From assembly GCF_963921235.1 (NCBI RefSeq), contig NC_086109.1, positions 17,610,001-17,674,000 on the forward strand: a DNA stretch of 64,000 bases, given 5' to 3'. Source of the DNA: Mobula hypostoma. Its lineage: Eukaryota. Under the pieces are notes generated by a model. The model saw only the letters and a list, made by a program, of their open reading frames with translations. It was not told where the DNA came from and made no database searches. This document shows, piece by piece, positions 52,997 through 64,000 of the stretch. The translations under genes were made by a program, and so were the position numbers. Every line of letters starts with the position of its first letter. Within the stretch, counting starts at the first letter, position 1.

Positions 52997-53878
52997 AAGT
53001 TCAAAGTAAATTTATTATCAAAGTGCATATACGTCACCACATACAACCCTGAGATTAATCTTCTTTCCGGCATACCCAATAAATCCAATAACTGTAATAG
53101 AAACAATGAGAGACCATAACAAGGTGGAAAACCAATGTGCAAGAGACAACAAAGTGTGCAAATACAAAAAGAAAGAAAATAAGAATAATAATAATAAATA
53201 AGCAATAAATATTGAGAACATGAGATGAAAAGTCCTTCGAAGCGAGTCCATAGGTTGTGGGAACAATTCAATGATGGGGCAAGTGAAGTTAACAGCTGTG
53301 GTTCCTGACCCTGATGGTGTGGATCCTGAGGCTCCTGTACCTCCTTCCTGATGGCAGCAGTGAGAAGAGAGGTGGTGGGAGTCCCTGATGATGGATGGTG
53401 TTTTCCTGTGACAGCGCTCCATGTAGATGTGTTCAGAAGTGGAGAGGGCTTTACCCATGACGGACTGGGATGTACCCACTACCTATTGTAGAATTTTCCA
53501 TTCAAGTGCATTGGTTTTTCCATACCAGACTGTGATACAGCCGATCAATATACTCTCCACCACACATCTATAGAAGTTTGTCAAAATTTTAGATATCATG
53601 CCAAATCTTGCAAAACTCCTAAGGTAGTAGAGGCACTCCCATGCTTTCTTCATAATTGCACAAATCCTCTGAAGTGAAAAGATTGAGGAACTTAAAGTTG
53701 CTGACTCTCTCCACCTCTGACCCTCTAAAGAGAACTGGCTCATGGTCCACTGGTTTCCTCCTCCTGAAGTCAATAATCAGCTCCTTGGTCTTGCTGACGT
53801 TGAGTTGCATGTTGTTGTTGTGGCGCCACTCAGCCAGATTTTCAATCTCCCTCCTATATGCTGATTCGTCACCATCTT
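52997..53878 (-). mobile_element. Rex1/Babar-like LINE 3' fragment
   Basis: LNVSKTKELIIDFRR, EVERVSNFKFL and LTNFYRCVVESILIGCITVWYG motifs, frameshifted. Confidence 0.8.
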
Positions 53879-54577
53879 CACAATATAGGAGTTCTTATTT
53901 TAGCCCGACATGGTTGTCCCCTTATGCCAATGCTACTCTTACCAGTTGCACACTCTCCAGCTAGGGAAGTCACCCTCAAGATCCCATCACATTCTTCTGA
54001 GCCCTAGAGAATAAAACTACTCAGAAACTTTGTATAACTGTAAGAGTGGCACAAAGAAACTGGATGCAAAAAAAAAAGACATACATTTGAAAGCTGGTTG
54101 AGTTTACCTACCCCAGCCAGCTTCAGTTTTGACATGCCTTGCTGTTGCTACTTTTGGGTCAAGTATAGTCATGGTATATGGTGGCTTTCAGTTCAAGGAC
54201 AAGTACCTGCTAACTTATCTTCCCAACTACCACCAAGTTCTTCTACATCTCCTAAAAGTGGTGTCACAAGTAGACAGGATGGTGAGGCAGCATTTGGCAT
54301 GTTGACCTTCAGCAGCCAGGAGTTGGGACTTCTGCTGCAGCCATACATGGTGTTGGTGAGGCCACACCTGGAGTACTGTGTACAGTTTTGGCTGTCCCCA
54401 TTATAGGAAAGACCTCGTTAAGCTGGAAAGAGCACAATGACTTACAAGGATGTTTCAGGGCTTGAGGGCCTGAGTTATGGGGAGAATTACATAGAATATA
54501 GAACAATATGGCACAGTACAGACCAGGATGTTGTGCCATACTTTTAACCCACTGTCAAGATCAATCTAACCCCTCCC

Positions 54578-55080
54578 TGTAATGTGGGGGGCAGTTTTGA
54601 GGATCCAAAGAGTGAAACAGAAAACACAGATTTAGAATGGGTACATTAACTATTTATTTAAAAATGAACAGTGAAACACTAAACTGGGTGTCTAGTTAAA
54701 CAAGTGTTCATCTAAACTACCCAAAACCACAATACAGGACACTCAGTTACCCTTTAATTTAGCGGGTACTCTGTTAAATCTCCCCAAACTATAAAACCAA
54801 ATAAGAGAGCATGTTATGAATGGATACTTAACTAAACATAGGCGGTGGGGGCGGTTTTGTCTGCAATGCTCTTCTCAATGGTCTGATTGTGACTTCAGCC
54901 TGGAGTGGGCCTCGGGGATGGCAGGAAAGAAAGGGGGCAAACCTCCCATACATGCTACTGGCACCGGAAATAAGTGCTGTGGCTCACAAACCAGCCAATG
55001 GGAAAGAGCAGCCGCAACCTTTAAATGGGCTAATGACTGACATGTGGTTTTTCAACCGGCAAATAAGGCACATCGTCTCA
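54578..55080 (-). mobile_element. Putative solo LTR inserted in a CR1 tail
   Basis: TG...CA termini. The minus strand has a TATA-like TTTAAA upstream of AATAAA. CR1 tail sequence lies on both sides, but no TSD was seen. Confidence 0.4.
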
Positions 55081-55904
55081 TGACGGTGCCTAACTAAAAG
55101 AGTTTCTTAGATGTCCCTAATGTATCTGCCTCTACCACCACCTCTGGCAGCGTATCCCACGTAGATTAATTGTGATGAGCTTGCAAAAATCATTATAATC
55201 TGGCAATGATAAGGAAAGTTGAAGTCTAGACTATCTTAAGAAACTTCACAACAGAGAAACTCATTCGCAATCAGTTATTCAAAGTGTATGTTAAGATATT
55301 ATCAACATATAGGACTCTGCCTTTCAAACTTGATTCTACTAATTTCAGTTTGGGGATGTACTTTTAACCACCTGTTCTCACAGAATTCAATAACTCCTTT
55401 AATACCAGAAAGAAATGGCCTTGAAAGCCACTATTTTTTTTAACAAGGAACTATTAACCAATTCACTAATATAATTTAGGAACTCCAGTCCCATACAATT
55501 GACACTTTGTGTCCTTTGAGAAGATCTAACAAACCAAACAAGTGGTCAAGGCAATTGGAAATGGAAACTAAATGTAGCTTTGCGATCTGTGCAATAAAAC
55601 AGCAAGAGATAAGACGAGGAGCCTTCTGACTATTAGGCATCGACAAACAAATTGTTAAACGCTCACCTGCAGTTTAGTAGATTAACGATTCTGATGTGAC
55701 CAATAATTAACTATGTCACAAGTGTTGTCTTTTAACGAAAACCAATTTAAATGGGTCATTAACTACAATACAAAATCTTAGAAACAATTTTGAAACAATT
55801 CTTCTGTTTCAGAAAAAGTAATAAGTGCTTAACTCCCCACAATACTGTTTAACTTGAAGGAGATAGGAAATAGGGAATAATTAATGTTTGTTCTTCAGTG
55901 CTTA

Positions 55905-57751
55905 GACCATAGACCATAGAAATCTACAGCATATTACAAGCCCTTCAGTCCACATCATTGGCCGACCGTGTAACCTACTCCAGAAACTGCCGAGAATTTC
56001 CCTACTGCATAGCCCTCTATTTTTCTAAGCTCCATGTACCTATCTATGAGACTCTTAAACGACCCTTCTGTATCCGACTCTACTACCTTCGCTGGCAGTG
56101 CACTCCATACACCCACCACTCTCTGTGTGAAAAACTTATCTCTGACAACCCCCTTGTACCGACTTCCAATCACCTTAAAACTATGCCCCCTTGTGTTAGC
56201 CATTTCAGCCCTGGGAAAAAGCCTCTGGCTATCCACATGATCAATGCCTCTCATCATCTTATACACCTCTATCGTCCTCTCTCGCTTGAAGGAGAAAAGG
56301 CCAAATTCACTCAACCTATTCTCATAAGGCATGCTCTCCAATCCAGGCAACATCCTTGTAAATCTCTTCTGCACTCTATAGTATCCACATCCCTCCTGTA
56401 ATGAGGTGACCAGAACTGAACACAGTACTCCAAGTGGGGTCTAACCAAGGTCTTATAGAGCTGTAACATTACCTCACGGCTCTTGAGCTCAATCCCATGG
56501 TTGATGAAGCCATACGCCTTCTTAACACCACTGTCAACCTGCGCAGCAGCTTTGAGTGTCTTATGGACATGGACCCCAAGATCTCTCTGATGCTCCACAC
56601 TGCCAAGAGTCTTACCATTAATATTATATTTTTTCTTCAAATTTGACCTACTGAAATGAACCACTTCACACTTATCTGGGTTGAACTCCATCTGCCACTT
56701 CTTGGCCCAGTTCTGCATCTTATTGATGTCCCTCTGTAACCTCTGACAACCCTCCTTACTATCCACAGCACCCCCCAACTTTTGTGTCATCAGCAAACTT
56801 ACTAACCCACCCTTCTACTTCCTTATCCAGGTCATTTATAAAAATCACAAAGAGGAGGGATCTCAGAACAGATCCCTGCAGAACACCACTGGTCACTGTC
56901 CTCCATGCAGAATACAAACCATCCACAACTACCCTTCGCCTTCAGTGGGCTAACCAATTCTGGATCTACAAAGCAAGGTCTCCTTGGATCCCATGCCTCA
57001 TTACTTTCTGAATGATTCTTACATGGGGAACCTTATCAAATGCCTTACTAAAATCCATATACACTACATCCACTGCTCTACCTTCATCAGTGTGTTTTGT
57101 TACATCCTCAAAGAATTCAGTTCTTAACAACCTACCCTTGACAAAGCCATGCTGACTATCCCTAATGAGATTATGTCTCTCCAAATGCTCATAAATCCTA
57201 CCTCTCAGGATCTTCTCCAACAACTTGCCCACCAGTACTCCCTCTCTTGAACAAGAGAACAACATTTGCAACTTTTCAATCCTCTGGTAATTTTCCCATC
57301 CCTATTGATGATGCAAAGATCATTGCCAGAGGCTCAGCAATCTCTTCTCTCACTTCCCACAGTAGCCTGGGGTATATCTTGTTCAGTCCCGGTGACTTAT
57401 CTAACTTAATACGTTTCAACAGTTCCAGCACATCCTCTTTCTTAATGTCTATACACCCCAGCATTTCAGTCTGCTGTAAGTCATCCCCACATTGGCAAGG
57501 TCCTTTTCACTAGTGAATACTGAAACCAAGTATTCATTAAATACTTCTGCCTTCTCCTCCGGCTCCATGCACATGATTCCACTATCGACCCTGATTGGTC
57601 CTATTCTCACACGACTCATCCTCTTGGTCTTCACATACTTGTAGAAAGCCTTGGGATTTTCCTTAATCATGCTCGCCAAGGCCTTCTCATGGCCCCTTCT
57701 AAATCTCCTAATTTCATTCTAGAGCTCCTTCCTGGCACCCTTGTAATTTTC
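55905..57751 (-). mobile_element. Older CR1 LINE, 3' part (frameshifted RT region and tail)
   Basis: DFSKAFDKVPH and LYKTLVRPHLEYCVQFWSPHY motifs, several frameshifts, and a (TCTATGG)n tail. Confidence 0.9.
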
Positions 57752-59860
57752 AAAAAACCATAGAAACTACAGCACAGAAACAGGCCTTTTGGCCCTTCTT
57801 GGCTGTGCTGAACCATTTTCTGCCTAGTCCCACTGACCTGCACACGGACCATATCCCTCCATACACCTCCCATCCATGTATCTGTCCAATTTATTCTTAA
57901 ATGTTAAAAAAGAACCCGCATTTACCACCTCGTCTGGCAGCTCATTCCATACTTCCACCACTCTCTGTGTGAAGAAGCCCCCCCTAATGTTCCCTTAAAA
58001 CTTTTCCCCCTCACCCAAAACCCATGTCCTCTGGTTTTTTTCTCCCCCTGCCTCAGTGGAAAAAGCCTGCTTGCATTCACTCTATCTATACCCATCATAA
58101 TTTTATATACCTCTATCAAATCTCCCCTCATTCTTCTATGCTCCAGGGAATAAAGTCCCAACCTATTCAACCTTTCTCTGTAACTGAGTTTCTCAAGTTC
58201 CGGCAACATCCTTGTAAACCTTCTCTGCACTCTTTCAACCTTATTTATATCCTTTCTGTAATTTGGTGACCAAAACTGAACACAATACTCCAGATTCGGC
58301 CTCACCAATGCCTTATACAACCTCATCATAACATTCCAGCTCTTATACTCAATACTTTGATTAATAAAGGCCAATGTACCAAAAGCTCTCTTTACGACCT
58401 TATCTACCTGTGACGCCACTTTTAGGGAATTTCGAATCTGTATTCCCAGATCCCTCTGTTCCACTGCACTCCTCAGTGCCTTACCATTAACCCTGTATGT
58501 TCTACATTGGTTTGTCCTTCCAACGTGCAATACCTCACACTTGTCAGTATTAAACTCCATCTGCCATTTTTTAGCCCATTTTTCCAGCTGGTCCAAGTCC
58601 TTCTGCAGGCTCTGAAAACCTTCCTCACTGTCTACTACACCTCCAATCTTTGTATCATCAGCAAACTTGCTGATCCAATTTACCACATTATCATCCAGAT
58701 CATTGATATAGATGACAAATAACAATGGACCCAGCACTGATCCCTGTGGCACACCACTAGTCACAGGCCTCCACTCAGAGAAGCAATTCTCTACCACCAC
58801 TCTCTGGCTTCTTCCATTGAGCCAATGTCTAATCCAATTTACCACCTCTCCATGTATACCTAGCGACTGAATTTTCCTAACTAACCTCCCATGCGGGACC
58901 TTGTCAAAGGCCTTACTGAAGTCCATATAGACAATATCCACTGCTTTCCCTTCATCCACTTTCCTGGTAACCTCCTCGAAAAACTCCAATAGATTGGTCA
59001 AACATGACCTACCACGCACAAAGCCATATTGACTCTCCCTAATAAGTCCCAGTCTATCCAAATGCTTGTAGATTCTGTCTCTTAGTACTCCCTCCAATAA
59101 CTTACCTACTACCGACGTTAAACTTACTGGCCTATAATTTCCCGGATTACTTTTTGATCCTTTTTTAAACAACGGAACAACATGAGCCACTCTCCAATCC
59201 TCCGGCACCTCACCTGTAGACAGCGACATTTTAAATATTTCAGCCAGGGCCCCTGCAATTTCAACACTAGTCTCCTTCAAGGTCCGAGGGAACACCCTGT
59301 CAGGTCCCGGAGATTTATCCACTTTAATTTTCCTCAAGACAGCAAGGACCTCCTCCTTTTCGATCTGTACAGTTTCCATGATCTCACTACTTGTTTCCCT
59401 TAATTCCACAGACTTCATGCCAGTTTCCTTAGTAAACACAGATGCAAAAAAACCTATTTAAGATCTCCCCCATTTCCTTTGGTTTCGCACATAGCCGACC
59501 ACTCTGATCGTCAAGAGGACCAATTTTATCCCTTACAATCCTTTTGCTCTTAATATACCTGTAAAAGCTCTTCGGATTATCCTTCACTTTGACTGCCAAG
59601 GCAACCTCATGTCTTCTTTTAGCCCTCCTGATTTCTTTCTTAAGTATTTTCTTGCACTTCTTATACTCCTCAAGCACCTTATTTACTCCCTGCTTCCTAT
59701 ACACGTCATACAACTCCCTCTTCTTCTTTATCAGAGTTGCAATATCCCTTGAGAACCAAGGTTCCTTATTCCTTTTCACCTTGCCTTTAATCCTGACAGG
59801 AACATACAAATTATGCACTCTCAAAATTTCTGCTTTGAAGGCTTCCCACCTACCGATCAC
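57752..59860 (-). mobile_element. Younger 5'-truncated CR1 LINE nested in the older CR1
   Basis: Has its own 3' tail at ~57752-57800 and a nearly intact ORF2 broken only near 59445 and 58003. Confidence 0.9.
57922..59439 (-). pseudogene. CR1 ORF2 reverse transcriptase domain (open for 505 codons)
   Basis: KSPGPD, NYRPVSLTS, QYGFVRGRSCLTNL, DFSKAFDKVPH, GVPQGSVLGPLLF and KFADDTK motifs. Confidence 0.92.
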
Positions 59861-60400
59861 AGTACCTAGTTTCTTGAACCTTTTGTAAACTTTTCTTTTC
59901 ATCTTAACCAGATTTTCTATGTCCTTTGTACACCATGGTTCTTTTACCCTACCATCCTTTCCCTGTATCAATGGAACATATCTTTGCAGAACGCCAGGCA
60001 AATGTTCCCTGAACATTTGCCACATTTCTGCTGTGCATTTCTCTGAGAACATCTGCTCCCAATTTATGTTCCCAAGTTCCTGCCTAATAGCATCATATTT
60101 CCCCGTACCCCAATTAAATGTTTCCCAAATTGTCTGCTCCTATCCCTCTCCAGCGTTATGGTGAAGGAGATAGAGTGGCAATCACTACCTCCAAAATGCT
60201 GTCCCACTGAGAGATCTGACACCTGACCAGATTCATTTCCCAATACCAGACCATATCTAGTTGGCTTATCTGCATATTGTGTCAGGAAACCTTCATGAAC
60301 ACACCTAACAAACTCCACCCCATCTAAACCCCTTGTGCTAAGGAGATGCCAATCAATATTAGGAAAGTTAAAATCTCCCATCACAACAACCCTATTACTA
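59861..60400 (-). mobile_element. Older CR1 LINE, 5' part (end of the APE endonuclease domain)
   Basis: GDFNFPNIDW and GGSDCHSISF motifs. Confidence 0.8.
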
Positions 60401-60925
60401 TCTGCTCCTCGATATCCCTGTTACTATTCAGAAGCACCTCAGCCCAAAACGCTGACTGTTTATCTCCCTCCATAGATGTTGCCTGACCTGCTGATTTCCT
60501 CCAGTGTCATGTGTGTGTTGCTCAAAATTGATAGCATCTGCAGAATCTCTTGTGTATCAGAACATCTTTTCAAGCTAACACCATAAGTAATGAAAACAAT
60601 ATGATTACTTTCAGTACTTTCTTTGTTCAGCGTTTGCTAAAACTAATGACATGAAGCATAACAACAAAGAATAGACATGCAAATAGATCGACAATTTGCA
60701 TTTTGGTTAAAAAAAGTTTAAGATAGTAAGTCCACCAAAAAGGCCTCACAAGCCTGGTGTAAAATAAAATTTGACTAAACTAATGAGGAATTTGAATGAG
60801 CTAATAATTGCGTGGCAGGTTGGAGCTATGTCTCTATCAAAGGAGGTGTCAGGTCTGCACGTCACCCTTGAGTAAGGTGTAGCATCTGTTTAGCTCACCC
60901 TTCTGATGACTGCAGTGAGGCGGAG

Positions 60926-61638
60926 GGGGCTCACCTCTTTGCACACTGTGGGTTAAAAAGGTGTGGAAGAGAATGGAATGGACAGTACTAAGATTCATGC
61001 CCAGCAGCTGCGTTACCGAGGACTCCGTGATCTACGGGGACGCACACGGAGACAAACATCCGGTGCTGCTGGCAGATCATCAATTCGGTGAAAGACGCTC
61101 TTTGGTCGGCCCGAAACTTGATGGTCTGCCAGCAGATGGAGATGTCCGTGATTCAGTGCTGCCGACTAGCACACTCTCGGCTGCAGGAGGACGTTCTGAG
61201 GGATGCACTCAAACTTGGTGCGGCCACCGCGAAGGCCCGGTGGGGAAGGACCACAGTTTAACGTTCATCACCCGTAGGAGGGGGAGAGGTCGGGTGGGGG
61301 GAGACCTACCCTCATCAGCGATGTGGACAGATAATCAACATGGTGCCCAAGGAGTGGGTGGAATTGTTAATTTGGGAAGGGATTAGAGCCATTGCCTGCC
61401 TTTATTGTTGAAAATTTTGATTGTTAATAAGTCTTAACTCTTGACCAAGGGTTGAGAGTAAACGCATGATTTACTGTAAACATCTTTCATTTGTAAATGT
61501 ACAGAGAGTCAACGCAAATTTTTTATTGTTAATAACTGTATTGAATAAGGACTTACAGTCAACGAATGGTTTTCTTTTCTTGTATGTAATTATTTTTATT
61601 TTGTAATATTTCTGAATAAAGTATTTTTTGGAAAAAAA
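60926..61638 (+). mobile_element. Tx1-like LINE 3' end with 3' UTR, AATAAA and A-tail
   Basis: HLFAHC...RFMPSSCVTEDSVIYG...NSVKDALWSARNLMV...LKLGAATAKARWGRTTV* (stop 61259-61261); AATAAA at 61615-61620; A7 tail; 18-bp TSD. Confidence 0.8.
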
Positions 61639-61840
61639 GACTGCAGTGAGGCGGAGTCAGTGATCCACCTCCTTGCACACTGTGAGTTCGCGGAGAGGGT
61701 GTAGAGGAGGATGAAAGGACTAGTTTCACGTTTCATCCCCAGCAGCTGCGTAACAGAGGACTCTCTGATCTATGGTTGTTCCCGGGGATGCACACAGAGA
61801 CCAACATCCGGTGCTGCTGGCACATCATCAACATCAAAGT
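61639..61840 (+). mobile_element. Older Tx1-like fragment (target of the insertion; its first bases are at 60901-60925)
   Basis: DCSEAESVIHLLAHC...RFIPSSCVTEDSLIYG, homologous to the inserted copy. Confidence 0.75.
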
Positions 61841-62698
61841 TTTGTCAAAGGGTTAAAGAGAGTGATAGAAAAAAAATGGAGAGGTTTACTTGGGGAATTG
61901 CAAAGCCCAGAGTCTTGGCAGGCGAGGGTACTGTAGAAGATGTGAATCCTGTGCTCACAAGTTGCTAGAATTGAAACAGAGCAGGGTTGTGGGGCTGGGC
62001 AAGGTTACGGAGATAACACGCATATGAAGGTATATAAAATCAAGGAAGATAAGTTTAAAACTAATACACCACTGAGCCATGTACTCAAGCCAACAACCAC
62101 AGTGATGATGGAACTCAGTGATGGTTGCATATTGGGGTTCTATAGTTGAGACACTGTAGACTACAGATGCCGGAATCAGGAGCAACAGACAATCTGCTGG
62201 AGGAAGTCAACGGATTGAGCAGCATCCGTGGGAGGATGTTTTGGGTCAAAACCTTGATGCATGTTTGATTCCCCCACATAGATGCTGCTCGACCTGCTGA
62301 GAAACATCAACAGTGGATTCTACCGTTGGCTCCCTGGAGTCCTCTCCCTCAGCCATCTTTGTTACTGACTATTAAAACCCCAGGCTCACTCTCTCAGACA
62401 CATTACATTGGGAACCCAACTGTCTCATTTAGTAGAGCATTGCCTCTTAATTCCAGTGCTGAGGGTTCGTTTCAGTTTGGGAAAGGAAAACAAACTGGAG
62501 AAAAAGTACATAATTGGATTTTATTTACCATATCTCCTTGCCACACAGGTGGTGATCATTTGGTCCATCAAGACCATGATGGTCACCAGGCAACCTCATT
62601 CTCCCACTAATTTTCTCCACACTCTACTTGCCACCCCATTCACACCAAGTGCCCCCAGATTCTACCATTCACTTTCTGTACACTTGGGGCAAGTATGT

Positions 62699-62797
62699 TG
62701 GCGTGTGGCCAAGTGGTTAAGGCGTTGGACTAGTGATCTGAAGGTTGTGAGTTCGAGCCTCAGCCGAGGCAGCGTGTTGTGTCCTTGAGCAAGGCAC
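62699..62797 (+). mobile_element. tRNA-derived SINE head
   Basis: A box TGGCCAAGTGG, B box GTTCGAGCC, then the SINE core gtgtccttgagcaaggcac. Confidence 0.7.
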
Positions 62798-63319
62798 ATT
62801 TATAGCCCAGCGGCGGCAGTTGCTGCAGTATAGACAAGACGAGACTTACAGTGACCAGACACCTTTGGAACATAGGTGGAAACTAGAGCACCTATAGGTA
62901 TCTCACAGGGTTACAGGGAGAATGTATGAACCCCGTACAGACAGCACTGGAAGTCAGCATTGAATCCAGGTGACTGGAGCCTAGAAGCTTCATTTCTACC
63001 AACCTCACTACCGTAGGAGGGTGAGAGATAATTTGATAAAGGTGATAAGACAGATAGAGTGAGTGGATAGCCAGAGACTTTTCCCAGGGTGGAAATGGTT
63101 AATACACAGGGTTATTTAAGTATAGTACAGGAAAGTATCGGATGTCAGAGGTACATTTTCTATTACAGAGAGTGGTGGGTGCATGGAATGCCCTGCCAGT
63201 CGTGGTGGTAGGGGCAGAAAATTCAGGGGCATTTAAGAAACTCTTAGATAGACACAGAAATCAGAGAGTTTGGGGGGGAAAAAAAGAGTACAAAACAACA
63301 ACTTCCAATGAAACCTCTA

Positions 63320-63628
63320 CACACTAACAAAGAAACTGGATATATCATTGACCTTCACCATTCAGGACATGTCCTCTTCTCGCTACCATCAAGGAGGAGG
63401 TACAGGAGCCTGAAAACGCACACTCAATGTTTTCAGAACAGCTTCTTTCCCTCTGCCGTAAGATTTCCGAACAATGAACCCATGAACACTACCTCACTAT
63501 TTTACTCTTTTTTCACTATTTTTTTACATATTCTTATTGTAATTTATAGTAATTGTTTATGTATTACATTGTATGCTGCGGCAAAACAACAAATTTCATC
63601 CCAGTGATAATAAACCTGATTCGGACTC
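63320..63628 (+). mobile_element. Rex1/Babar-like 3' fragment
   Basis: HHSGHVLFSLPSRRRYRSLKTHTQCFQNSFFPSAVRF motif plus 3' UTR. Confidence 0.7.
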
Positions 63629-63909
63629 ATGTTTTCTTTCAATTTCTTCCTTACAAAACCGTTTATTGGTACTGTTCATCCAATACTGAAACTGGAATTA
63701 ATCTCATTCACACCCAAACTTCCATTGTGAAACTGTCGAATTAACACAACTCTGCCCTCCTGTAATTCACAGGTGATTATCATACACCACCACCAAATCC
63801 TCGCAGATCTAGCAAAAGTTGCTCTTGCCGTGTGCATTGAGATGTGTGAACAGATTGGTGATGTTAGGATATTAGAATACTACAGGCAAGAGGATAATAA
63901 TGATACAAG

Positions 63910-64000
63910 AGTACTGATGATGGGCCACGGCTCAAAACGTCGACTGTTCATTCCTTTCCATAGATACTGCCTGACCTGCTCAGTTCTTCCATCATTTCGT
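63910..64000 (+). mobile_element. Penelope-derived repeat with mutated hammerhead core
   Basis: agta-CTGATGA-tGGGCcacgGCTC-AAAAC-GTC-gactg (63910-63946). Confidence 0.65.

Noticed and set aside
53483..53810. ALKBH8 N-terminal-like peptide
   Set aside because: This motif is the Rex1/Babar LINE C-terminus. It is frameshifted and present in many copies.
62699..62770. Possible tRNA gene
   Set aside because: It has A and B boxes but no convincing acceptor stem or poly-T terminator, and it runs straight into a SINE core.
21000..64000. Neighbouring gene such as KLHDC8A upstream of NUAK2
   Set aside because: No kelch-like or other host coding exon was recognised. Short exons or UTRs could have been missed.

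Overview
Eukaryotic genomic DNA, dense in repeats. It is most likely from an elasmobranch (ray or shark), inferred from abundant HE1/V-SINE-type elements alongside CR1, Rex1/Babar and Penelope repeats. The only recognisable host gene is coding exon 1 of the AMPK-related kinase NUAK2 (minus strand, 20173-19937), which lies in a CpG island. Positions 1-19936 are intron 1 (exon 2 was not found), and about 44 kb is upstream sequence made mostly of transposon remnants. Most notable observations: (i) a family of Penelope-derived terminal repeats carrying minimal type I hammerhead ribozyme motifs, several in inverted-repeat form and one lying sense inside the NUAK2 intron; (ii) a Tx1 LINE inserted into another Tx1 copy at almost exactly the homologous position, with an 18-bp target-site duplication (TSD); (iii) a young CR1 nested in an older CR1, producing an in-frame chimeric ORF; (iv) a SINE/CR1/Vingi-like triple nest; (v) candidate NUAK2 enhancers (double TEAD site, kB sites, a diverged intronic duplication). 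Family names come from motif recognition only, with no database search. Repeat boundaries are approximate unless a TSD or terminal inverted repeat (TIR) is quoted.
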